A DNA stretch of 64,000 nucleotides, taken from the NCBI GenBank assembly GCA_963732385.1, contig CAVSZB010000003.1:192001-256000 (forward strand), read 5' to 3'. How positions within the stretch are numbered: the stretch's first letter is position 1; each line of letters opens with the position of its first letter. Below the pieces are notes generated by a model. The model did not search any database. It saw only the letters and a program-made list of their open reading frames with translations, and was not told the DNA's origin. The stretch comes from an uncultured bacterium (GTDB lineage: Bacteria; Krumholzibacteriota; Krumholzibacteriia; LZORAL124-64-63). The position numbers and the translations under genes are program-made. Below are positions 45,505-59,875 of this stretch, one piece after another.

Positions 45505-47409
45505 ATGGTCAAGCATTGTGACCGAATGTCCTGGTCCCCCTTGGCTGCGTGTCTTCTCGCTGTCGTGTTCTCATCCGCCCTGCTGATCCCGCAGGCTGGC
45601 GCCGCGCGCCCCGCGAAAACGGCGCCCGTCGCGCCCGAAAAAATCCTCGTTACCGATGGCTCGTTCGTGCATGACATCGGTCGACTCGGCTGCAACATCA
45701 CGAACTGGGGCCTGATCGGCTCCCATCCGGACGTAGTCTCGGCGTTCTCTGACGCGCCGTCGTGCCAATGGCCGGCGCCTGGAGCCGCCGAGTACCTCTG
45801 GGGAGCCGGGCTGTGGGTCGGTGCCGTATCGCTCGGCGAGCATCTGGTCACCACCGGCGAGTTCCAGCACGAATTTGTCCCGACGGACAATCCGCTCGAC
45901 ACGCTCTACCGCAGCGCCATGGGCGCGTCTGGTGGCCACCGCTACCCCGAGCCGCTGCCTGATGACGACGCCGACGGGCTGGAGGATGAGGATCCGCTCA
46001 ACGGTCTCGACGACGACGGCGACGGCCTGATCGACGAGGACTTCGCCGCCATCAGCCAGCAATATTTCCGCTGCCGGTACGCGGACCCCTTGTCCACCAC
46101 CTACCTGGGGCACGTGCCTCTCGGCCTCGAGGTCACCCAGCAGACCTGCCAGTGGTCCGATCCGCTCATCGGCGACGCGTTCGCCTTCGACTTCACGATC
46201 CGCAACGCCGGCTCCCACGTGCTCGAAAACGTGTACGCCGGCTTCTTCGCCGACTGCGACATCGGCCTGCGCACCGGAATCGCCATCGCGGCGGACGACC
46301 TGGCCGGCTGGTTCCAGGGGTCCGTTTGCGCGAGTGATGACACCTGGGTCCCGCTCTCGGTCGGCTACATGTACGACAAGGACGGCGACAGCGGCACGGC
46401 GCCCGGATACATCGGCTTCGTCCTCCTGGACCACACGACAGATGCCTCGGGAGCGAGCGCGCCGGTGGCGGCGGGGATTGCGAGCTTCCAGATCATGGAA
46501 GGGCAGACCGCCTTCGATCTGGGCGGCGATCCGACCAACGATGCCGAGCGCTATGCGCTGATGTCAGCCGATGACATCGATCCGAACGTACCCGTCGACA
46601 AGCAAAGCGACTACCGCGTCCTGATCTCCTCCGGCCCGTTCGTCGCCCTGGCGCCGGGCGAAGAGATCTTCTATCGCCTCGCGGTCGTCGTGGGCGCCGG
46701 CCTGGACGGCATGCTGGCGAACGCGGCGGAAGTGGTTCGCCTCTACCAGGGCGCCACCTTCAATCGTGACGGCGATCCGGCCACCGGCGTGGACGGCTGC
46801 GAGTACCTCGTGCACTGGCTGCGTCCCGCGGACGTTCCGGTGCCGGCGTACTGCGGCCTGCTCGCCGCCACGCATGCCACCGGCGGCGTGCGGATCGACT
46901 GGGAGTCGAACCTGGCCGAGGCCTCCGAGCTGGCGGTCGTGCGGCGTGTCGGCGCGCTCGAGCGGCGTTTCGAGGGCACGGCCCTCGGCGACGGGCTCGC
47001 CGGAGGCCTCGGCTGGCGGGGCGGCTTCGTCGACAGGGAGGCGGGCGGCTGGCCGCGCGTTTACAACCTGCTCCTGCGGGCGGCACCAGCGGCTTCGCCG
47101 TTGGCCACGGTCGTGTTGGACGGCCCCCCCGCCGCGACCCTGCGGCTCGACGCCTGGCCCAACCCCGCCAACCCGCGCGTGACCGTGTCGTTCGGCCTGC
47201 CCGCGGCTGGCCTGGCGACCCTCACGGTGCACGACGCGCGCGGCCGGCGCGTGCGCACCCTGCTGGCGGCAGAACGGATCCCAGGCACGGACCAGATCGT
47301 CTGGGACGGCGCCGACGATGCCGGTCTTCCGGTCCCGAGCGGCATCTACCAGCTGCGGCTCGATGCGGCCGGTCGCGTGGCGAAGCGGTCGGTGACGTTG
47401 GTCAGGTGA
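45505..47409 (+). CDS. Secreted protein with C-terminal FlgD-Ig/T9SS-type sorting domain
   Basis: AAGGAG RBS and signal peptide; acidic DEDPLNGLDDDGDGLIDED motif; C-terminal AWPNPANP...HDARGRRVRTL...WDGADDAG.PVPSGIY. Confidence 0.85.
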   Translation: MVKHCDRMSWSPLAACLLAVVFSSALLIPQAGAARPAKTAPVAPEKILVTDGSFVHDIGRLGCNITNWGLIGSHPDVVSAFSDAPSCQWPAPGAAEYLWGAGLWVGAVSLGEHLVTTGEFQHEFVPTDNPLDTLYRSAMGASGGHRYPEPLPDDDADGLEDEDPLNGLDDDGDGLIDEDFAAISQQYFRCRYADPLSTTYLGHVPLGLEVTQQTCQWSDPLIGDAFAFDFTIRNAGSHVLENVYAGFFADCDIGLRTGIAIAADDLAGWFQGSVCASDDTWVPLSVGYMYDKDGDSGTAPGYIGFVLLDHTTDASGASAPVAAGIASFQIMEGQTAFDLGGDPTNDAERYALMSADDIDPNVPVDKQSDYRVLISSGPFVALAPGEEIFYRLAVVVGAGLDGMLANAAEVVRLYQGATFNRDGDPATGVDGCEYLVHWLRPADVPVPAYCGLLAATHATGGVRIDWESNLAEASELAVVRRVGALERRFEGTALGDGLAGGLGWRGGFVDREAGGWPRVYNLLLRAAPAASPLATVVLDGPPAATLRLDAWPNPANPRVTVSFGLPAAGLATLTVHDARGRRVRTLLAAERIPGTDQIVWDGADDAGLPVPSGIYQLRLDAAGRVAKRSVTLVR

Positions 47410-47482
47410 CGACGGACGGCGGGGTTTCCTGAACCTACGGCAACAACGTCGGCATCGAGGTGCTTGGCCAGGCGGGGTACTA

Positions 47483-47609
47483 ACGGTTCCCGTGGACGGC
47501 CTCGTTGACGCATCGAGCCAAAAGTTGTCCTTTCAGACGCTCCGGCCTGAAAACTCGTTGCACGCGTAGCAACCGCTGTCAGGAAGGACCGCCAACCGCC
47601 TCATGCAGG
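47483..47609 (-). repeat. Extended dispersed repeat (copy 5), colinear with 54063-54156
   Basis: Shared ACGGTTCCCGTRGACG...AAACTCGTTGCACGCGTAGCAACCGCTGT..GGAAGGACCGCCAACCGCCTCATGCAGGC. Confidence 0.8.
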
Positions 47610-47745
47610 CAGGGTCGTGCCGTCGCCCCCCAGCCGCCGAACAGCACACCCGCGCACCCGGCCCCCAAAATCGTCGCGCGGGATCCGCAACAATTGCCCG
47701 CGCACGGCGTATAGCAGCGTCGGCAATTTTCCAGGGGAGGCTGTC

Positions 47746-49278
47746 ATGGCATTGCTCACCCGACGTGATTTTCTCAGGAACGCCGCGGTGGCGGCGGCGG
47801 GGACCGCGATGCTTCCCGCCCTCTCGAAGAGCTGGTTCGCTCTGGCCGCGGCCGAGGCGCCCGGCTACTTCGAACGCGAGTTCGGCATCTCCGACGCGCT
47901 CAGTCACAAGGTTCTGGCGGAGGCGCTGTCGAAGGGCGGGGACTTCGCCGATCTCTTCTTCGAGCACACCATCCAGAACTGGCTCGTCCTGGAGGACGGC
48001 CAGGTGAACCGGGCCTACTGCCAGGTCTCCCTCGGCGTCGGCATCAGGACGGTCACGGGGGACCAGGTCGGCTACGGCTTCACCCAGCAGCTGGCGGAGA
48101 AGCCGATGCTGATGGCTGCGGCCACCGCCGCCACGATCGCCGCCGGCGGTCGGGCTTCGGCGGCCAAGACGTTCGACAATCTCAAGACCGGCGACGTCTA
48201 TCCGCTCGATCACCTCCTGAGCTCGGTGCCTCTCGAAACCAAGCTGCCGCTCGTGCAGTCGCTGGGCGACCAGTGCTTCGCCCGCTCCCCGCTGGTGAAC
48301 AAGGTCGTCGTCCAGTTCCACGACGAGCAGAAACGCATCATGGTCGTGACGAGCGACGGCGCCAGGGCCGAGGATCTGCAGCCGCGCACCTATCTCTCGG
48401 CGACCGTGCTGGCCGAGAAGGATGGCAAACGCGAGCGGTCCAACTGGCACCAGGGCGGCCGGCGAGGCTTCGATTTCTACACGCCCGGGCTCGTCGACGG
48501 GATCGCCGAGGCGGCCGTGAACCGTGTTCTGGTCCTCTTCGATGCCGTGCGGCCGCCGGCCGGCGAGATGCCGGTCGTTTTGGGTCCCGGCATCACCGGC
48601 ATCCTGCTGCACGAAGCCATCGGGCACGGCATGGAGGCCGACTTCAACCGCAAGAAGACCTCCACCTATGCGACGATGCTGGGCCGCAAGGTCGCCGAAC
48701 CGGCGGTCACGATCATCGACGACGGCACCATCCCGAACCTCATGGGCTCGCTCAATTTCGACGACGAAGGCACGCCGGCGCAGCGCACGGTGCTCGTGGA
48801 CCGGGGGATGTTGACCAGCTACATGCACGATCGCATCTCCGCCACGCACTACGGAGTGCCGCCGACCGGCAACGGCCGGCGCGAGAGCTATCAGCACTAT
48901 GTGCAGCCGCGCATGCGCAACACCTACATGCTGCCGGGCGAGGCGACGCCGGACGAGGTCATTCGCCAGGCCGGCTCCGGCATCTACGTGCAGGACGTCA
49001 GCAACGGGCAGGTGAAGATCGGCGAAGGCGACTTCGCGTTCTACGTCTCGCAGGGCCGGCTGATCGAGAACGGCCGTCTGGGCGCCCCGATCAAGGATAT
49101 CAACATCATGGGCAACGGGCCCAAGATGCTGGCGAACATCGTCGCGGTGGCGGGCGACATGGAGATGGCGCGGAACGGCTCGGGCGGCTGCGGCAAGGGC
49201 GGCCAGTCTGTCCCGGTCGGATTCGGTCAGCCAACCGTTTTGGTTCAATCGCTGACCGTCGGCGGCTCGAAGTCCTGA
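47746..49278 (+). CDS. tldD: TldD metalloprotease with N-terminal twin-arginine signal
   Basis: HEAIGHGMEAD zinc motif, DDEGTP, TGNGRRESY, PRMRNTY, CGKGGQSVPVG; starts MALLTRRDFLRNAAVAAAG after GGAGG. Confidence 0.93.
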   Translation: MALLTRRDFLRNAAVAAAGTAMLPALSKSWFALAAAEAPGYFEREFGISDALSHKVLAEALSKGGDFADLFFEHTIQNWLVLEDGQVNRAYCQVSLGVGIRTVTGDQVGYGFTQQLAEKPMLMAAATAATIAAGGRASAAKTFDNLKTGDVYPLDHLLSSVPLETKLPLVQSLGDQCFARSPLVNKVVVQFHDEQKRIMVVTSDGARAEDLQPRTYLSATVLAEKDGKRERSNWHQGGRRGFDFYTPGLVDGIAEAAVNRVLVLFDAVRPPAGEMPVVLGPGITGILLHEAIGHGMEADFNRKKTSTYATMLGRKVAEPAVTIIDDGTIPNLMGSLNFDDEGTPAQRTVLVDRGMLTSYMHDRISATHYGVPPTGNGRRESYQHYVQPRMRNTYMLPGEATPDEVIRQAGSGIYVQDVSNGQVKIGEGDFAFYVSQGRLIENGRLGAPIKDINIMGNGPKMLANIVAVAGDMEMARNGSGGCGKGGQSVPVGFGQPTVLVQSLTVGGSKS

Positions 49279-49294
49279 GGCAAGGAGTGGCGTC

Positions 49295-50617
49295 ATGAAC
49301 AAGGAAATGCTCGATCTGGCTTCCCTGGCCATAGACACCGCCAAGCGCGCCGGCGCCAATGCCTGCAGGGCGGCCATCAGCAGCCAGCGCAACGTGGAGG
49401 TCAGCTACCGCGAGCGCAAGCCGGAGACGATCAAGGAAGCCTCCACGCGCGACCTGCAGATCACCATCTTCGTCGATGGGCGCTATTCCGTCCAGGGCAC
49501 GTCGGACCTGCGTCCGCAGGCCCTGTCGCGCTTCATCGCCGATGCCGTGGCGATGACCCGGTTGTTGGCCGAGGATCCGAACCGCTCTCTTCCCGATCCC
49601 AAATACTACGCCGGGCTCGTCGAGCGCGATCTCGGCCTTTGCGATCCGGCCTACGCCCGGATGGAGCCCGCCCACCGCCATGACATGGCGCGGGCGATCG
49701 AGGCCGCCTCCCTGGCGAAGGGGGGTGCGAAACTCGTCTCCGTCACGTCCCAGTTCCAGGACGGCCGCGGCGAGGACCTGCTGCTGGCCAGCAACGGCTT
49801 CCAGGGCTTCAGCGAGTCCACCTACTATGTCGCCGGCGCGATGGTGACGGCGCAGGACGAGGGCGATCGCCGGCCGGCGGGCGCCAACTTCGCGGTGTGT
49901 GTCAACCGCGGCGATCTTCCCCGTCCGGAGGCGATCGGCGCCGAGGCGGTGTCGCGCACCCTGGCCATGTTCGGCGGGCGCAAGATCGCGACCGCGACCC
50001 TGCCCATCATCGTCGAGAACCGGGTCGCCCCCCGCCTCCTGGGCGGTCTGCTCGGCGCCATGAGCGGCCGGGCCGTGCAGCAGAAACAGTCGTTCCTGGC
50101 CGACAAAAAAGGCCAGAAGATCGGCGGCGACAGCCTCACCCTGGTGGACGATCCGTTCCTCGAGCGGGGCCTTGGCAGTCGCCTCCACGACGGCGACGGG
50201 ATCACCGCCGTACGCCGCGCGATGATCGAGGCTGGCGTGCTGCGGGAGTTCTACGTCGACTGGTACTACAGCCGCAAGCTCGACTGTGAGCCGACGACCG
50301 GCAGATCGTCCAATCTGATCATCCCGCCGGGCCGCCGTTCGGTGCCCGAGATCATGAAGGACCTCGGCCGCGGGATCTTCATCACGGAGTTCATCGGAGG
50401 CAACAACAACACGACCACGGGCGACGCCTCGGTGGGTATCGCCGGGCAGTTGTTCGAAAACGGCGCGCCCGTGCACGCGGTCGCCGAGATGAACATCGCC
50501 GGCAACGCCCTCGATTTCTGGTCGAAGCTGATCGAAGTGGCCAACGACCCCTACATGTACTCGTCCCAGCGCCTGCCGAGCCTGGTGTTCCGGGACGTCG
50601 TCGTGTCGGGCGCCTGA
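49295..50617 (+). CDS. pmbA: TldE/PmbA family protein
   Basis: LVDDPFLERGLGSR.HDGDG, NTTTGDAS, EMNIAGN; no HExxH; follows tldD. Confidence 0.92.
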   Translation: MNKEMLDLASLAIDTAKRAGANACRAAISSQRNVEVSYRERKPETIKEASTRDLQITIFVDGRYSVQGTSDLRPQALSRFIADAVAMTRLLAEDPNRSLPDPKYYAGLVERDLGLCDPAYARMEPAHRHDMARAIEAASLAKGGAKLVSVTSQFQDGRGEDLLLASNGFQGFSESTYYVAGAMVTAQDEGDRRPAGANFAVCVNRGDLPRPEAIGAEAVSRTLAMFGGRKIATATLPIIVENRVAPRLLGGLLGAMSGRAVQQKQSFLADKKGQKIGGDSLTLVDDPFLERGLGSRLHDGDGITAVRRAMIEAGVLREFYVDWYYSRKLDCEPTTGRSSNLIIPPGRRSVPEIMKDLGRGIFITEFIGGNNNTTTGDASVGIAGQLFENGAPVHAVAEMNIAGNALDFWSKLIEVANDPYMYSSQRLPSLVFRDVVVSGA

Positions 50618-50864
50618 GCGCCCCCGACCCGCGGTGCGACGCGCGCCGACCCGCCATGCCCGGCATGGGGGTCGGCGCGTCGTTTTCCGGGCGCCGGACG
50701 CGCCTGAAACGACAGAAATATGCGCCGGCCATCGACTTGGCTGTCAGACGGCGATTCTCCGCGATTTCCCTCAACCAAGGCCAGGCGCGGGCGATAACCC
50801 ATAATCGGAGGAGCGTCCCCGCCCATCCTGATCGCGGCGTTCAAAATCATGGAGGCCCGGGCCC

Positions 50865-53987
<3,123 letters not shown>

Positions 53988-54062
53988 GCCGCCGGGCTGC
54001 TATCCAACGGTAGGTTGGCGGCCGGATGACTATTGCGGCCGCAAAGTGTCCGCGCTGATCGC

Positions 54063-54353
54063 ACGGTTCCCGTAGACGATCTCTCCTCCCGCCCGCAAAC
54101 TCGTTGCACGCGTAGCAACCGCTGTGCGGAAGGACCGCCAACCGCCTCATGCAGGCGTGGCCGCCGCCACCCCACATCGGCGCGCCATCGCCGTGTAGAC
54201 GTTACCCCAGGGTCGGGTCGGCACAGCATCGATGGTGGTCTGTGCAGACCCCTGAACAGCCACTGCTACGGCTGCAAAAAGTGCGCAGCCCGCGATCGGC
54301 AGCCCGATCACCTCCGCGTCCCGCAAACTCGTTGCCGCAGTAGCAATGGCGGT
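54063..54353. repeat. Cluster of three dispersed-repeat copies (54094-54125 minus, 54256-54286 plus, 54322-54353 minus)
   Basis: Each carries the TGCTAC..GCAA..AGT core; located between convergent genes. Confidence 0.75.
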
Positions 54354-54378
54354 TCGGAAGCGCAGCCGCCCGCCCGCC

Positions 54379-55882
54379 TCAGCCCCCTGCGTGCCCCGTC
54401 TCCCGCCGCCGCAGGCTCACCGCCAGCCCGCCACCGCCGAGCGCCAGCATGATGCACGCCTGCACCACGGTCTTGTACGCCACCGGCTGTCCCCGCAGCC
54501 CCAGCGCCATGAACCAGACGCCCAGCCCGATGATCAGCAGGTAGACGATCGTCATCACGACCCGCGCCAGCGCGTTGGTGCGCGGCGTGTCGGCCGCGAA
54601 GATGCGGTTGTAGATGATCATGCCGCCCGAGGCCACGACACCGAGCCCCGCGAAGATCAGCCAGAATGTGCGCAGGTTGCCGGCGATGATCGCCTGGCCC
54701 GCCTGCGGCACCAGCGGCTTGAGCATCGACGCGTACATCGCCCCGCCCACGCTCGAGCCGACGAGGCTGCCGATGACGCCGTACAGGAACGCGTAGCCCA
54801 TGTAGACCGCCTTGCGGTCGGCCGGGGCCACCAGCCCGATGTAGCTGTAGTACTTCGGGTGGGCGGTCATCTCGCCGATCGAGAAGACCGCGATGCCGAG
54901 GATGAACCCCCAGACGCTCGACGTCAGCGCGAGGACCAGGAAGCCGGCCGCGCCGATCGTGATCCCGGCCACCATCGTCGGCAGCGGCTTGATGTCGCGC
55001 ACGATGCGGCTGACGAGGATCTGCAGCAGGATGATCGTGCCGGCGTTGATCACGGTGACGTGCTCCGCGTCGAACTTCAGCGGGATGCCCAGGCCGGCGA
55101 AGAAGCGGTCCACCGGCGACGGCGTCGATGAAGTCGCGCAGATACCACAGCACCGACCCGAAATTCTGGAAGTAGAGGATCCAGAAGCAGGAGTAGACGA
55201 GGATCATCAGCATGAAGCGGGCGTCGCCCAGCACCATCGCCGCCCCGCCGAGCACCTCGCGCAGCGTCTTGGTGCTGGCCGGACGCGGCGGATCGCGATA
55301 GAAGAACAACGTCGGGATGAACATCAAAGCGCAGTAGAGCGACGACGCCGTGAACACATATGACCACGAGAACCCCTTCAGCACGCTGACCGCCAGCGGT
55401 GCCAAAAACGCCCCAAGGTTGATCATCCAATAGTAGATGCCGAACCCGATCCCCGAGTTCTTCTCGTTCGTGGACCGCGCGATCGTCCCCGAGATGATCG
55501 GCTTGAACAGCCCCGACCCCGCCGCCATCACCGCCAGACTCGCGAACACGAACCCGTACGCGCTGACGTGACCCGCCGCGAAGTAGCCGGCCGCCAGCAG
55601 CGAGAACGCCACCAGCAGCATCCGCCGGTACCCGTAGCGGTCGGCCAGCGCCCCGCCGAGGATCGGCACGACATAGGTGAGCGCGTACACGATGCTCTGC
55701 AGGAACCCCACCGACTGTTCGGTGAACCCGAGCCCCCCCTTCGCCACCTCATTGCTCAGGTAGACCGCCAGCACGGAGTTCATCCCGTAGTAGGCGGCCC
55801 GCTCGAACAACTCCATGACGTTGGCGGTCCAGAACACGCGCGGGAAGGAGCGCAACAGGCCGGTCGGCTTGGCGTCGGTCAT
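54379..55882 (-). CDS. MFS transporter (POT/peptide transporter-like); one extra base near 55120
   Basis: ELFERAAYYG (ExxER), GGALADRYG, GLFKP, YYWMINLGAF; the C-terminal half continues in ORF 54379..55113 after a single-base shift. Confidence 0.85.
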
Positions 55883-56199
55883 GCGAAATCCTGCCTTGCG
55901 GTTGAGGGCACGGAAGGGGCCGGGGGCGAAGGGGGATTGTAGGGCAGGGGGCGGTCCGGTGCCAGCGGCGACGTTCCGGCGGGGCGAAGGCGCATTCGAC
56001 CGTTACCTGCGCGCGCTGCGGCTGCGGCAGGAGTTCGATCAGCGCCGGCCATCCGCCAGCGGCGGCCGTCAAACACCTGGAGTGGCGCGCCGTCTCGATC
56101 AGCCCGCTGCAACTTCTGAAATTGAAGACTCCCCGTCGGCGAGTCTTCAGAAGGCGGGGCCTGGGGGGCAGCGGCCAAGGAGGGTGACTCCGGGACTGA

Positions 56200-56296
56200 A
56201 AAATGTCGGCACCATAAGCACATATGCCGACATTTTCTATTGACAATCCGCCTGTTCGCCTGTAAAGTGTCGGCATAAGTGAGATGTATGCCGACA
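56200..56296 (+). promoter_or_regulatory. abiE promoter with two inverted-repeat operators
   Basis: TGTCGGCA-N13-TGCCGACA occurs twice (56204-56232 and 56268-56296), around TTGACA (56240-56245)-N17-TAAAGT (56263-56268). Confidence 0.85.
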
Positions 56297-56306
56297 TTTT
56301 TTTGAG

Positions 56307-56921
56307 ATGGAAACCTTGGAGAGTCTCGACCTGACCACCCGCAAACTGCGCACAGGCCGCCTCGGAGCCTTCTTCAGGCCCCGACAGCTGGCAGCGATCG
56401 GCATCAGCTACGACCGCCTCCAGAACCTAGTGGAGGCCGGGGCTGTCGAGCGTGTGGGGTGGGGGCTTTACCGCCTGGCTGACGAGGAGCCCACCGAGCA
56501 TCACAGTCTGGCCGAAACCTGCGCCAGAGTGCCGCATTCGATCATCTGCCTGCTGTCGGCGCTGCAGGTGCATGGCATCGGCACGCAACTCCCACGCGAG
56601 ATCTGGCTGGCGATCCCGCACAAGTCCAGGCCGCCGCGCGAGCAAGGCGTGAAGCTCCGGCTGTTGCGCTTCAGCGGACCCGCCTGGACCTATGGCGTGG
56701 TCCAGACCGAGTTCGAGGGAGTTCCGGCGCGCATCACGAATCCGGCGCGAACGGTCGTGGACTGCTTCCGCTTCGAACGGCTCATCGGACGCGAGGCCGC
56801 GATGGAGGCGCTCCGGGACACCCTGCGCCAGAAGCTCGCGACGACCGACGCGCTCTACCGCACGCTCGATGTGCTGCCCTCGCGCCTCCTCCACTCCGTG
56901 CTGGAGGCGACGGCCCCATGA
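56307..56921 (+). CDS. abiEi: Type IV TA antitoxin AbiEi
   Basis: VERVGWGLYRL wHTH, ICLLSALQVHGIGTQLP, NPARTVVDCFRF. Confidence 0.92.
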   Translation: METLESLDLTTRKLRTGRLGAFFRPRQLAAIGISYDRLQNLVEAGAVERVGWGLYRLADEEPTEHHSLAETCARVPHSIICLLSALQVHGIGTQLPREIWLAIPHKSRPPREQGVKLRLLRFSGPAWTYGVVQTEFEGVPARITNPARTVVDCFRFERLIGREAAMEALRDTLRQKLATTDALYRTLDVLPSRLLHSVLEATAP

Positions 56922-57829
56922 GCCAGAACGTGGCAGCTTCGATCAAGGCCCGGCTGCTCAAGAGGGCCAATCAACACGGCGAGCAGTTCGAAATGACTCT
57001 CGTGCGCTACGCCTCCGAGCGGTTCCTGTACCGAATGGGCGCCTCGATTCTGCGCGAAAGCTGCATTCTGAAGGGCGCCGGACTGCTGACGGTGTGGATG
57101 GCTGATCCCTATCGCGCCACGCGCGACATCGATCTGCTGGCCTACGGCGAAAACGATGACGCAGGCGTCCGGGCGACCATGAGAGCGATCTGCTCGGTGC
57201 CCTGCCCCGAAGACGGCCTGGATTTCGACCTCGGCACCCTCGACGTCTCGCCGATCCGCGAGGAGGACGAGTACGCCGGACAGCGGGCCGTACTACGTGC
57301 CTATCTCGGCAAGGCGAAAATTCGGGTACAGGTCGACTTTGGATTCGGCGATGCCGTCGTGCCGGGCCCCGAGGACGCCGAGTATCCCACGCTGCTCGAT
57401 GGGCTGCCAGCCCCACATGTGCGAACGTACCCGCGGATCGTTACCGTAGCGGAAAAATTCGAAGCCATGGTCCAACTCGGCCGACGGAACAGCCGCATGA
57501 AGGACTTCCACGACGTGTGGGCCCTCTCAGCGCAGTTCGCGTTCAAGGGACCGGAGCTTCGGGAGGCCGTCTCCGCCTGCTTCAGGCGCCGCCGCACCGA
57601 GTGGACGCCGGAGATTCCAGATGTGCTGCTGCGGACCTTCTATGGCGACGAAGGCCTTGCCGTGCGCTGGACCAGCTACGTGCGCGCCGGGGCCTACCGC
57701 GCCGCCCCGCCGGCGGACTTCGAAGCGATCGGAAACCGGGTGATCGAGTTCCTGGGACCCATCCGCGAGAGCCTCGTCTCCGGTTCGTCTTTCGAAAGGA
57801 ACTGGAGCGGGGGAGGGCCATGGACGTGA
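56918..57829 (+). CDS. abiEii: Type IV TA toxin AbiEii nucleotidyltransferase
   Basis: ERFLYR, ILKGAGLL, RATRDIDL, QVDFGFGD, AEKFEAM, NSRMKDFHD; ATGA overlap with abiEi. Confidence 0.93.
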   Translation: MSQNVAASIKARLLKRANQHGEQFEMTLVRYASERFLYRMGASILRESCILKGAGLLTVWMADPYRATRDIDLLAYGENDDAGVRATMRAICSVPCPEDGLDFDLGTLDVSPIREEDEYAGQRAVLRAYLGKAKIRVQVDFGFGDAVVPGPEDAEYPTLLDGLPAPHVRTYPRIVTVAEKFEAMVQLGRRNSRMKDFHDVWALSAQFAFKGPELREAVSACFRRRRTEWTPEIPDVLLRTFYGDEGLAVRWTSYVRAGAYRAAPPADFEAIGNRVIEFLGPIRESLVSGSSFERNWSGGGPWT

Positions 57830-57989
57830 CGGTGGCGAGGGGCGCAATTGCCGCTGTCGCCCGCCACTGAGTAAAATTACTCAGTACGCTGAGTAATCCG
57901 TCCGGTCGCAGCCAAGCCGATTTCCAGCAACAACTTTCATCCCCCCGCCGTAATATCAATTCTCCCCCCACCTCCCCGGAGGTCCTCTC

Positions 57990-59875
57990 ATGCGCCACCC
58001 CGTCGCCCTCGCGCTGCTCTGCTGCGCCCTGACGCCGGCGCCCTTCGCCCGCGCCGCCGCCATCCACGAAGCCGCCCGGTCCGGCGACCTTCCCGCCGTC
58101 ACCGCCCAGCTCGCCGCCGACCCCTCCGCGCGCGACGCCCGCGACGACGCCGGCCGCACCCCCCTGCACCACGCCGCCCGCGCCGGCCAGCTCGAGGTGA
58201 TCCGCCTCCTGCTCGCCCGCGGCGCCGACCCCAACCCGATCGACACCAACGGCGCCACCCCCCTGCACAGCCTCGCCTCGCGCGGCCACGCGGAAGCGGC
58301 CCGCACCCTGCTCGACCAAGGCGCCGCCATCGAGCTGACGATGCCCGACGGCCTCACCCCCCTCGGCCTGGCCGCCCAGTCGGGCCAGTTGGAGGTGGTG
58401 CGCCTCCTGCTGGCGCGCGGCGCCGCCCTGGAACACCGCAACAGCTACGAGCGCACCCCGCTCGTCCTGGCCGCCCGCGAGCAGGGGGGAGTGGAGGTGG
58501 TCCGCGCCCTGCTCGACGCCGGCGCCGCCATCGACGTCCGCGACCGTTTCGGCGACACCGCCCTCAGCCTGGCCGCCTGGCGCGGCTACGCCGACGTGGT
58601 GGACCTCCTGCTCGACCGCAACGCCAGCACTCCCCGACGCGCCCGCCGAAGCGGCCAAGCTGATCGGCCGCGCCGCCGACAAGGGCCTGCCCCGCCTCTT
58701 CACCCGCATGCTCGACACCGGTTTCGACCCCCGCCCCGCCCCCGACGCCCGCGCGACCCTGCTCCACCGCGCCGCCGCCGGCGGCTCCGTCCCGATCATG
58801 ACGGCGCTGATGGCCCGGGGCCTCGACCCCACCGCCCCCGACCCCAACGGCTGGACCCCCCTCCACTACGCCGCCGACATGGGCCGCACCGACGCCGTGG
58901 ACCACCTGCTGACCCACGGCGCCGCCATGAGACGCCAGAACCGCCATGGGCCAGACCCCCCTGAACCTGGCCCAGGAACGCGACGACGCGGAGATGGTGT
59001 CCCACCTCACCGCCGCCGGCGCCGACCCGTCGCCCCCCCGCTTCCCCGACCTGAGGGGCCCCTGGCTCGGCCAGGGCGACCCACCCCCCTGCGCCACCCC
59101 CTTCGCCCCCGGCATCGTGAGCGCGAGGTGGGGCCAGCACAGCGTCCCCACCTTCTCCCCCGACGGCACCGAAGCCCTCTGGAACTGCATGATCGTGCCC
59201 CGCGACACCGGCTACAGCACCGGCCGCACCCTCCGCACCAGACTGGTGGACGGGAGATGGACCTACCCGATCCCCGCCGTCTTCGACGGCGTGCGCGTGG
59301 AGGACGTCCCCCTGATCTCCCCCGACGGCACGAAGCTGTACGACGTCGCCCGCCGCCCCGACCCCGACGGCACCCCCCAGGGCGAGCGGATCTGGACATG
59401 GGAAAGGCAGGGTGACGACTGGGCGAACCCGAGCCTGCTCGCCGACCCCGTGAACGCCAAACCCCTGCACTGGCAGTTCGGCCTGGACCGCGACCACAAC
59501 GTCTACCTGACGCTGAACATCCCCGGCACCCTGGGCGGCTCCGACATCTACGTCTCCCGCCCGACCGACGGCGTCCACGCCGAGCCGGAGAACCTCGGCC
59601 CCGCCATCAACACGACCGCCGACGAAGCCTTCCCCTACATCACCCCCGACGGCAACTGCCTCCTGTTCGGCCGCGACTCCGACATCTGGCTCTCCCGCCG
59701 CGACGCGGCAGGCAACTGGCTCCCCGCCACCCCCCTGAGCCCCGAGGTCAACACGGAGGTACCAGAACTGCTGCCGACCCTCTCACCGGACGGCCGGGCC
59801 CTGTTCTTCCTCCGCAACTGGGGCGTCTACTGGATCGACGCGGAGGCCGCCGGCATCCCCCCGGCAATCAGATAG
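57990..59875 (+). CDS. Secreted ankyrin-repeat plus PD40 (TolB-like propeller) protein; extra bases near 58626 and 58930
   Basis: Signal peptide; repeated GxTPLH ankyrin units across three successive frames; PD40 motifs PTFSPDG, PENLGPAINT, PYITPDG, PTLSPDGRALFF. Confidence 0.8.
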
